From Candidatus Hydrogenedentota bacterium (GTDB lineage: Bacteria > Hydrogenedentota > Hydrogenedentia > Hydrogenedentales > JAEUWI01): DNA of 64,000 nt. The notes beneath the pieces were generated by a model. It did no database searches and had not been told where the DNA came from. It saw nothing but the letters and a program-made list of their open reading frames with translations. The position numbers and the translations under genes were made by a program. This document shows positions 45,700-53,944 of this stretch, one piece after another (positions within the stretch are counted from its first letter, which is position 1; each line of letters starts with the position of its first letter). The DNA lies in assembly GCA_034669905.1 (NCBI GenBank), contig JAXMOL010000043.1, positions 1 through 64,000 of the forward strand. Direction: 5' to 3'.

Positions 45700-46403
45700 C
45701 CGAGTTGTTTGTGGCCATGGGTGGGGCCTTCTGGTTGGGCTTTCTAACCTCCATCAGTCCGTGCTTGCTGGCGACTAACGTTACCGCCATTACTTTCATC
45801 TCCCGGCGGCTGAGTTCGCCCCGGCTGGTGGCGGCCTCCGGCGCCTGCTACATGGTGGGTCAGGCCATCGGCTTTGTACTACTTGCCCTGTTGGTCACCA
45901 CAAGTCTGGCGTCCATTCCGGTCGTGTCGCAGGTCCTGCAGAAATATCTTTTTCGACTCCTGGGGCCCATCTTGCTTGTCGTGGGACTCGTGCTTTTCGA
46001 GTGGCTGGAGTTGCCCGTGGGGCGGGGACGCTTGAAAGGGTGGGCCCAGCGTTTTGGCCGTTCCGGTGCGCTGTGGGCCACCATGTTGCTGGGGTTGCTC
46101 TTCGCCATGTCCTTTTGCCCCACCACCGCGGCGCTTTTCTTTGGCGGGCTGATTCCCTTATCGCTCAAGGCGGAGTCCCATGTACTCCTGCCCCTGCTCT
46201 ATGCCATCGGGGTTTCCGTTCCTGTAGTGTTTATCGTGTTGTTAATTCAGACGTCGGCCCAGTTGGTGGGCCGTTTCGTGACCCGCATAGCCCTTTTGGA
46301 GTGGTGGATGCGGCGTGCAACGGGCGTTCTGTTTCTGGGGGTGGGCTTGTACTTTACCCTGGTCTATACCCTTGCTCTCTTCGGGGCGGGAAAAACGTTG
46401 TAG
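45696..46403 (+). CDS. ArsG-like / CcdA-DsbD-beta family membrane protein
   Basis: 6 TM; TSISPCLLATN and MSFCPTT conserved Cys pair. Confidence 0.8.
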   Translation: MTELFVAMGGAFWLGFLTSISPCLLATNVTAITFISRRLSSPRLVAASGACYMVGQAIGFVLLALLVTTSLASIPVVSQVLQKYLFRLLGPILLVVGLVLFEWLELPVGRGRLKGWAQRFGRSGALWATMLLGLLFAMSFCPTTAALFFGGLIPLSLKAESHVLLPLLYAIGVSVPVVFIVLLIQTSAQLVGRFVTRIALLEWWMRRATGVLFLGVGLYFTLVYTLALFGAGKTL

Positions 46404-46413
46404 TGGAGACGTG

Positions 46414-49400
46414 ATGCGAATCGGACTGGTGCTCAGTGTGTGGTGTGTGGCCTGGACGACGGGCGCAGTGGAAGCAGTTCGCCATGATGCGGTCGCGGTG
46501 ACGGCCTCGAGTGTCGCCGGTTCGAAATACGCCGCAGAGAAAGCCGTGGACGGGAACGGGAACTCCCGGTGGGCGTCACGGGAAAATCCTGAACTACCCC
46601 AATGGGTCGAGCTTCGCTATGCCGAGCCGGTTATGGTGGATACGGTCTATCTGAAGCTTGCGGACGACACCCTTTACGGAGACTGGGCTGCCGTTGAATT
46701 GGGTTTTTCCGAGGGACCGTCCGAAAGTCATCCCATTGCTCCGGGGACTTCGGTGGTGGTATTGCGTTTTCCTGAACGAAAAACGTCCACCCTTCGTGTT
46801 GGCGTTACGGAAGTGCATGCGGCACGGACCTATGTCGGTCTGTTTGAAGTCTACGGGGCCCACGACCCGAAGCGTGAATTGGAAATTCGTACCGATGCAG
46901 CCAAGCCGATCGCGCAGAACGATCTGGTGATTCGGGGACGGGACGTGCACCCGTGTGTGAACCGGACCCCGGCGGAGGTGGCCCGTGCGCGGGAGCGGGC
47001 AGCAACCCTGCCGTGGGCCAAGGCACATCGGGATGCCATCGTGGCGGACGCCGAGAAATGGATGAAAGAAAGCGACGCCTATTGGCTCTCCTTTCTGCCC
47101 GAACCGGGGGCCTGCTATGCCTATGGTTTTACGGCCTGTCCCATCTGTGATGGCGGAACGGGCACTTGGCATGGCGCACGGTGTAGCTGGGACAAGCCCG
47201 GCCAGGTGGCCTGCGTCAACGGCCACACCCTGCCGGATGCCGAGCACCCGGATGAGGGGGAGGGCTATCAGGCACCCGATGGGCGCATCCACTATTTCCA
47301 GGGGCAGTTCAACGCCTGGGTGACCGAGCAATGGACCCAATATGCCCTGCCCGCACTGACCGATGCCTGGCTCCTGACGGAGGAGGAGCGCTATGCCAAT
47401 CGGGCCGCCTTGCTGCTCGATGCACTGGCCTCCATTTACAAGGAATCCACCTCGGGCTCCTGGGACTACCCCAGCAATCCACCTTCCGGCCGGTTTGCAC
47501 GTCCCTGGTATCAGGTGGCCCGGACCCTGGTGAAGTACGTGGACTACTATGACCGGCTCTACCATGCGCCCGTGATGGACGGTCCGTCGCTGCGGCCAGG
47601 GTTCACTCGGCGGGAAAATATCGAGCAGAACATGCTGCTGGATGGGGCCTATTATTGCTACGACCATGCCTTCGCGGGTGCCCTGCACAATGGGCATGCG
47701 GACTACCTGCGCGGTGCCCTCGCTGTCGGGTGCCTGCTGGATGTGCCGGAGTTTATCCGCGTCGCCGTGGAAGGGCCCTTTTCCATCTATAGCATGTTAG
47801 CCAACAACATTGACCGCGATGGCCGTTATTACGAATCTTCCCTGGGTTATGGCATTCACGCCCGCGAGCTCTATCTGACCTTCGCCGATCCGCTCTATAA
47901 CCTGCGGAACGCCGAGTATCCCCAAGGGGTCAATCTCTACGACGACCCCCGATTTCGCGCGGCGATCCTGCTCCCCGATACCCTCGTGTCGCTCGCCGGA
48001 CGCCGCCCGAACTTTGGGGATTCTGCCCCGGATTTTCGCTACATCGCGCCGGGCCCGCCGACGGTAAATGGATCGGACCGGGACTTTCTTGCGCGGCTCT
48101 ATGCCCGCACCACCGATTCGGCGGACCGTGCCGAGTATGGGGCGCTGTTGCATTGGGCTTCGCAATCGGAAGCGGCGAAAGAAGATGCGGACTGGGCACT
48201 CTGGCATGGTGCGCCGCTGGATGGGGAGGGAGACGGAGCCTTGCCGGCGACCATCGCCCAGCGGGTCGAGGGCTCCTGGGTGGCGGGGATGAAGGGGATG
48301 GCCCTGTTACGTCTGGGAGAGCAGGCGGCCTTGCTCCGCTACGGACCCAGCCTGAACCACGGCGACCCGGACGATCTGGGATTGACCTATTATGCGAAGG
48401 GCTATCAACTGACCTACGATCTGGGCTATGGCCTGGGGAGCACCCATGCCCATGTGGGTTGGGCCTCCAGCACGGTATCCCACAGCATTGTGACGGTGAA
48501 TGAGACCAACCAATTTGCGGGCGATGGCTCCGGTGGATCCTTGAACTGGTTTGCCAATCTGCCCCATGTACAGGCGGTAGAAGCGGAGTCGGCCAATAGT
48601 TATAGCTCCGAAGGGGTGACCGAATACCGCCGCGCCCTGGCCTTGGTGGCAGGCGGGTACCTGGTGGATGTGTTCCATGTCACGGGTGGCTCTCAACAGG
48701 ACTTCGGATTTGCGGGGATTGGCACGGCGCTGGAGCCTTTCGGTCTCCCGGAGCTGAAGGCGCGGGAAGGCAGTCTGGCGGAAGGATTCGATTGGGGCAA
48801 TCTGGTGGGGGCCGACGGAGATATCAAGGGCTACCCGAACAAGCCCTATTGGAACCCACCGCCGGGGAATGGCTATGGCTTTTTCAAGAACCTGCAGGTG
48901 GGCGCACCATCGGCCCATTGGGGGGGCGTGTGGACCGTTCCCGGGGAACCCGGAGCCCACCTGAAGATGCATGTGCTGGGTGACGCCGATGAGGCCCTTA
49001 TCGCCCATGCGCCGGGCCTCTATCCCAGCAAGCCCGATGCGAGCTATGTGCTGGCCCGCCGCAGCGGAACGACACCCTTGCGCAGTACCTTTATCGCGGT
49101 CTATGAGCCCTTCGACGAAAGACCTGCGCTTGTGGAACTCCGCCGTTTGGGCACGGCTGCGGTGGCGTTGAATCGGGCGGATGGCGTGTGGGACGTACTG
49201 CTTTTCGGGAGTCAGACGGTGGCGTCCCCCTTCGGTTCGATAGTCTTCGACGGGGATTTTGGCTATCTCTCTGGTCGGGAGGGGCACCTCCAGGAATGGG
49301 AAGTCTCGGGGGCGATTCAACTAGAGGTCGATGGGGCAGGGCTCGTGGCCGATGGGGGCGTTTTTTCCGCGGAGGTGGTTGAAGTCGACCTTGTGGGACG

Positions 49401-49848
49401 GCGGATCCACCTTAGTGCGCCTCTGCCGGAGACGGTGCGTCCAGGACAGGTGGTGACGGTGGGGAATCCCGTCTACAGCCGGTCGAGTGCCTACCATGTG
49501 AAAGAGCATAACGGGCATTGGCTTACACTGGATACGGGGTCCTTGACCCTGGGGGTGGGCCGTGTCTGGTCCCATGAAGGGGCCAATCGTCTCATCAGCG
49601 ATATTCCCCACGAATATGCCAAGCACGTAAAGCAGGGGCCTTCCCGCTTTTTCGACGGCAAAGTGATTCGAGGCGAAGACGGGGGAGCCACCCGGGTACG
49701 TCATGTGGTTCCGGGATCGCCTATGGTGCTCACCGTGGACGACAGTACGGTCTTTGAGGTAGACGAACGATTCGAATACCACGATATCGCACCGGGCGAC
49801 CAGATTCGCATCGGATTGCCCACGCAGGGGAGGGGCCCGGTGGACTAG
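46414..49848 (+). CDS. Heparinase II/III-like polysaccharide lyase with N-terminal F5/8 (discoidin) domain
   Basis: Signal peptide; AVDGNGNSRWAS; alpha-helical region with YYESSLGY; PNFGDS; HGDPDDL; HSIVTVN. Confidence 0.82.
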   Translation: MRIGLVLSVWCVAWTTGAVEAVRHDAVAVTASSVAGSKYAAEKAVDGNGNSRWASRENPELPQWVELRYAEPVMVDTVYLKLADDTLYGDWAAVELGFSEGPSESHPIAPGTSVVVLRFPERKTSTLRVGVTEVHAARTYVGLFEVYGAHDPKRELEIRTDAAKPIAQNDLVIRGRDVHPCVNRTPAEVARARERAATLPWAKAHRDAIVADAEKWMKESDAYWLSFLPEPGACYAYGFTACPICDGGTGTWHGARCSWDKPGQVACVNGHTLPDAEHPDEGEGYQAPDGRIHYFQGQFNAWVTEQWTQYALPALTDAWLLTEEERYANRAALLLDALASIYKESTSGSWDYPSNPPSGRFARPWYQVARTLVKYVDYYDRLYHAPVMDGPSLRPGFTRRENIEQNMLLDGAYYCYDHAFAGALHNGHADYLRGALAVGCLLDVPEFIRVAVEGPFSIYSMLANNIDRDGRYYESSLGYGIHARELYLTFADPLYNLRNAEYPQGVNLYDDPRFRAAILLPDTLVSLAGRRPNFGDSAPDFRYIAPGPPTVNGSDRDFLARLYARTTDSADRAEYGALLHWASQSEAAKEDADWALWHGAPLDGEGDGALPATIAQRVEGSWVAGMKGMALLRLGEQAALLRYGPSLNHGDPDDLGLTYYAKGYQLTYDLGYGLGSTHAHVGWASSTVSHSIVTVNETNQFAGDGSGGSLNWFANLPHVQAVEAESANSYSSEGVTEYRRALALVAGGYLVDVFHVTGGSQQDFGFAGIGTALEPFGLPELKAREGSLAEGFDWGNLVGADGDIKGYPNKPYWNPPPGNGYGFFKNLQVGAPSAHWGGVWTVPGEPGAHLKMHVLGDADEALIAHAPGLYPSKPDASYVLARRSGTTPLRSTFIAVYEPFDERPALVELRRLGTAAVALNRADGVWDVLLFGSQTVASPFGSIVFDGDFGYLSGREGHLQEWEVSGAIQLEVDGAGLVADGGVFSAEVVEVDLVGRRIHLSAPLPETVRPGQVVTVGNPVYSRSSAYHVKEHNGHWLTLDTGSLTLGVGRVWSHEGANRLISDIPHEYAKHVKQGPSRFFDGKVIRGEDGGATRVRHVVPGSPMVLTVDDSTVFEVDERFEYHDIAPGDQIRIGLPTQGRGPVD

Positions 49849-50062
49849 TGGTCTGAATCAAAGTCAGGGGAGTTTATTTTGCCAGAAAAGTTTATTCAAC
49901 CCGCCGAACTATTCCCCTCCTGGGAGGGGGCAGGGGTGGGTTTGCGACGCTTTTCGTGACATGACCCACCCCCAGCCCCTCCAGGGAGGGGAGTATATTC
50001 CAGAATCGGGTCAATTATTCCCAGCAAATTTATCGCTCATCGGCATGATTCAAACCACTAGT
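49844..50062. mobile_element. MITE-like element with 17-bp terminal inverted repeats and an internal REP hairpin
   Basis: actagtggtctgaatca (49844-49860) / tgattcaaaccactagt (50046-50062), 1 mismatch; internal cccctcctgggagggggcaggggtggg...cccacccccagcccctccagggagggg palindrome; lies between convergent genes. Confidence 0.7.
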
Positions 50063-50073
50063 TCGAAAGTTGA

Positions 50074-51312
50074 CTACTTCGCAGCGATGTCATAGGCAAA
50101 CAGGAGTTCACCCCGGCGAATATAGAGCCGACCATCGGCAATGGTGGGGTGGGTCCAATGTTTGGCGGTGCCCTCGGTTATTTTGAACTCTCCGGTTCGC
50201 TCGAAGCCTCTTGGCGTGGCTTTAATAAGGCTGACGACGCCGCGCTGGGGTCCTTCGTAGTTGTATAGCATGCCATCGGCATAGACCAACGCACCTTCCG
50301 AGACATCGTGGCTGCGCCAGGCGATTTCTCCGGTTTTCAGATTGAGGCAGAGCATTTCCCGCCCGGAGCGGTGGGCCGTGCCATAGATGTAGCCTTCATG
50401 AATTACGACACCACCGTGAAAGGTGTCCATTTCCGTATCCGTCCAGATGGGGGTGATTTCCGAGCCATCATCCGAAAGGCGGAGGGCCACGCCGCCCATT
50501 TTGCTGCCCGCCACGAAATAGAGGATTCCGTCGGCGTAGACTGGGGTGCTCGCGTGGATTCCCCAGCGGTCCGGGTGGTCGCGGGTCCACAGCACCGTAC
50601 CGTCGGTGGGGTCTACACCCACCAGGCCCTTGGCCGTCATGCTGACAAGAATACGCCGCCCATTGTGGGTAATGATGTCGGGGGAACAATAGGCGGAGGC
50701 ATCTCCGAAACCCTTGGTGGTCCACACCGTGTCACCGGTGGCTTTGTCCAGCGCCACGACGGCGGCATCGGGGCCACCGGGCATGGCATAGACGTATTGG
50801 TCATCCACAAGGGGGGACTCTGCGATGGCCCATTGAATCGTCTGGCCATCGAAGCGCGCCGCGGTATCAACCTGCCAGACAATTTTCTGCGCCGTGAGAT
50901 CGATGCAGAGCACCACGCCGAATCCGGAAATCAGGTATCCCCGATCGCCCTGTACGGTCAACGTGGAGCGGGAACCGGGCGCCATTTTATCGGTGGTTTC
51001 TTTGCCATAAGGAAGACGCCATAGCTCCTTGCCGTCGGCATCGAGGGCAAAGAGAAAGCCGTCGTCTTCGTTGAGCATGCCGGGAATGTATATGGTGCCG
51101 TCAACCACCGAGGGCGAGGCGTAGCCCATCCCGATGGTGTCGATTTTCCAGACAAGCTCGGGCCCCCCTTCGGGCCAGGACTTGAGCAGCCCGGTGTCCG
51201 CGAAATGGCCGGTTCGGTCGGGGCCCCGAAATTGGGGTGCGTCACTGGCCTGCGCGACGGTGGCGGTGAATGTGGCGAGGCAGAGGAAGATACTAAGAGG
51301 TACTCGCGGCAT
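50074..51312 (-). CDS. Secreted PQQ-like/BamB beta-propeller
   Basis: Signal peptide; PQFRGPDRTG; ALDKATGDTVW; WTHPTIADGRLYIR. Confidence 0.9.
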   Translation of the reverse strand: MPRVPLSIFLCLATFTATVAQASDAPQFRGPDRTGHFADTGLLKSWPEGGPELVWKIDTIGMGYASPSVVDGTIYIPGMLNEDDGFLFALDADGKELWRLPYGKETTDKMAPGSRSTLTVQGDRGYLISGFGVVLCIDLTAQKIVWQVDTAARFDGQTIQWAIAESPLVDDQYVYAMPGGPDAAVVALDKATGDTVWTTKGFGDASAYCSPDIITHNGRRILVSMTAKGLVGVDPTDGTVLWTRDHPDRWGIHASTPVYADGILYFVAGSKMGGVALRLSDDGSEITPIWTDTEMDTFHGGVVIHEGYIYGTAHRSGREMLCLNLKTGEIAWRSHDVSEGALVYADGMLYNYEGPQRGVVSLIKATPRGFERTGEFKITEGTAKHWTHPTIADGRLYIRRGELLFAYDIAAK

Positions 51313-51342
51313 GACAAAAACTCCCGATCGTTTTTTTGCTGC

Positions 51343-52341
51343 TTAGAACAGGGAACTGAAAATGGCCCATACACGGGTCACCGGAAAGGTGCCTTCGTAT
51401 TTAACGAAGTCCACATGTCCGTCCATATAAAGTACATTTGCCCCACCCGGAATATGATTGAACTCAGACGGAACCGCGCTCACAAAGTCATACATGATCG
51501 CCAACCCACTCTGAGCCCGGGCCGATGCCGCAGGATTATTGATATCGGTGATATAGAAGCGCTCAATGCCTTCGCGCAGTCGGAGAATGGCGCTGGTGCC
51601 CGTCTCGATATCGCTGTCGTAGGTGTCAATACCGAAGGCCACCCGGGAAACGCGTTGTACGAAGGCCGCGACGAATGCGCCGTCGATATAAGTGGGAATC
51701 AGGTTGGCCGCGGTCGCCGCCCCATCGTTGGGGTCGGCCCCGACAGCCAGATAACTCGACCCCGGCGTATCGTCGAAACCCCAGCCAAGGTAGATATAGG
51801 ATTCGGGGCTGAAGGCGCAGGGGTCCCACTCGGCCACACCATCGGCCGCGAGTCGGGCCTGATTGAACCAGCGCCCGGAAGCCGGATCGATGGATTCACT
51901 ACTGTTGGGGTCCGATGGGCAGATGAGCGCCGCGGGGTCCGTAAGATACTCCGGGTAGACTTCCTGGCCGTTGAAAACGAACTCGACGGCTCCCTGGCCG
52001 CCGGCGCTGGGGGTGGCTTCGAAGGGGTTGTTGTAGGCGCAGACGCCGCCCACGGGCTCGGCGTAGTTGCTGTAATCGTGGGGGAGCGTGGGGTCCAGGG
52101 GATTCAGGTCCCGCACCTCATAAGAAACCCGGTCGGTCATCGCCGGGAATTTATTGGCGGGAGACTCATTGGCATACATCTTCAAGACGATGCCCAACTG
52201 CTTCAGGTTGTTGGCGCAACTGGTACGGCTTGCAGCCTCTCGGGCGCGGGCCAGGGCGGGAAGCAGAATGGCCGCCAGGATGCCGATGATGGCAATGACG
52301 ACCAGTAACTCGATGAGGGTGAAACCGGTACGTTTGCGCAT
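51343..52341 (-). CDS. DUF1559 prepilin-type protein with H-X9-DG motif
   Basis: [43 protein letters not shown] 52341 after AAGGAAG. Confidence 0.92.
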   Translation of the reverse strand: MRKRTGFTLIELLVVIAIIGILAAILLPALARAREAASRTSCANNLKQLGIVLKMYANESPANKFPAMTDRVSYEVRDLNPLDPTLPHDYSNYAEPVGGVCAYNNPFEATPSAGGQGAVEFVFNGQEVYPEYLTDPAALICPSDPNSSESIDPASGRWFNQARLAADGVAEWDPCAFSPESYIYLGWGFDDTPGSSYLAVGADPNDGAATAANLIPTYIDGAFVAAFVQRVSRVAFGIDTYDSDIETGTSAILRLREGIERFYITDINNPAASARAQSGLAIMYDFVSAVPSEFNHIPGGANVLYMDGHVDFVKYEGTFPVTRVWAIFSSLF

Positions 52342-52415
52342 GGCTACTACTTCCTTGTCGGGGCCGTTGTGCGTCCCGGTTCTTCCCGAGGCATCAAGCG
52401 CGCTGCGAGCGAGAT

Positions 52416-53930
52416 TTATAGTTTGATCCAGGTCGTGGTGTGACAGGCCTCGATATCTTCCTTGTTGCGAAACGCGATGGCTGCCGTAGGACAGGCCTGT
52501 ACACATTCGGCCGCCGATTTTTTCAGGCCCTCATCCAGGCTGCGCCCGAAAGGAACCTTGATATCCATATCGAAGCCACGGCCACTGAAGGCCAGGCCGA
52601 TATCTTCGCCATACTTCTCGGCAATCTCGACGCAGAGCCCACAGCGAATACACTTGCCCGGCTCCAGGTAGACATCACCACCGAGGCCCACAAAGGTGAC
52701 CTTTTTCTCTTCGGTCGTATTGTATTTCCGTTGCTCGGCTCCATATTCATGGGACCACTTCCGGAGCGTACAGGTTACCCGCTTCCGACAATCACAGTGG
52801 AGGCACCGTCCGGCTTCCGTTCGGGAGTCCGCCAGTTCCACTTCGTCCTCGATAGGGGCGACCGGCATGGCCTCGGTGTTTTCGTTGTGGTCGCGCATGT
52901 CCTCCATCTCCGCCTTCACCATCTTGCCAATCTTGGACTCGAAAAGCTTCTTGTCGGGTTTCGGGTCCACACTGGTCATGTAACGGTCGACCCACGCTGC
53001 GGTCGTTTTACCGTTTCCGACTGCCATTACCGTGAGCTTGTGCTCCTTCGCCCCAAAGACCTTGCCACCGGGTTTGGGCATGCCGTTGCAGGCGATGATG
53101 ATGCCGTCATAGTCCTCCTTCAAGGCCTCCAGCATCTCTTCGTCCACCTTCTGGCTATAACGATATTCCACGCCCAGCTTGGCGATGAATTCAATTTCTG
53201 TATCCAGCACGTGTTTGGGGAGCTTCTTGTCGGGCAGGTCGCGGAGCTTACCACCGGCCTTTTCGTCCTTTTCAAAGAGCACGACGGCGTGACCCCGTTT
53301 ACGCAACACCCAGGCCGCGGCCATGCCGGTGGCGCCGGCGCCGATAATGGCCACCTTCTTGCCCGAATCGGGGGGGCATTCCAGAAGCTCGGGGTTTTCC
53401 TGCAGGGACTTCTCCGCCACGTTACGGTGAAGCATACGAATCTTCATGGTCTCGTCGTAGCTTTTCCGCCGACAGGGGTTTTCGCAGGGGGCGGGGCATA
53501 CGTAGCCGAGGGTCCAGGGAATGACGAGGCCGTTGTGAATGGTGAAGGCTGCGTCGTCAAACTTGCCCTCGTAAATTTCGCGCATCATGACGGGGATGTT
53601 CATGGAAGCGGGACAGGTGTGGGCGCAGGGCGCTTCACAGTCGCCAATGTGCTCACTGAGAATCAGCTCCAGCACTTCCTTCCGCGCGGTGCAGACGTCG
53701 CCGGTGTCCGTTTCGATCTTCATGCCGTCCTGGGCGATGGTGCTGCAGGAGGAATGGATCTGGCCCGTGTCCACGTTGCGCACGGAGCACAACATGCAGG
53801 AATTCATGGGCTTGACGCCTTCCCAGTAGCACAGGGTCGGGATTTCAATATCGAGTTTACGTGCGGCCTGCAAGAGGGTCGTACCCGCTTCGACCTCGAT
53901 TTCCCGGTTGTTAATGCTGACGGTAGGCAT
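52416..53930 (-). CDS. Fe-S flavoprotein: NuoG/HydA-type N-terminal 2Fe-2S + GltD-like Fe-S/FAD module (shortened) + ferredoxin motif; no catalytic domain
   Basis: [61 protein letters not shown]. Confidence 0.85.
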   Translation of the reverse strand: MPTVSINNREIEVEAGTTLLQAARKLDIEIPTLCYWEGVKPMNSCMLCSVRNVDTGQIHSSCSTIAQDGMKIETDTGDVCTARKEVLELILSEHIGDCEAPCAHTCPASMNIPVMMREIYEGKFDDAAFTIHNGLVIPWTLGYVCPAPCENPCRRKSYDETMKIRMLHRNVAEKSLQENPELLECPPDSGKKVAIIGAGATGMAAAWVLRKRGHAVVLFEKDEKAGGKLRDLPDKKLPKHVLDTEIEFIAKLGVEYRYSQKVDEEMLEALKEDYDGIIIACNGMPKPGGKVFGAKEHKLTVMAVGNGKTTAAWVDRYMTSVDPKPDKKLFESKIGKMVKAEMEDMRDHNENTEAMPVAPIEDEVELADSRTEAGRCLHCDCRKRVTCTLRKWSHEYGAEQRKYNTTEEKKVTFVGLGGDVYLEPGKCIRCGLCVEIAEKYGEDIGLAFSGRGFDMDIKVPFGRSLDEGLKKSAAECVQACPTAAIAFRNKEDIEACHTTTWIKL

Positions 53931-53944
53931 GAATCACTCCTGGG

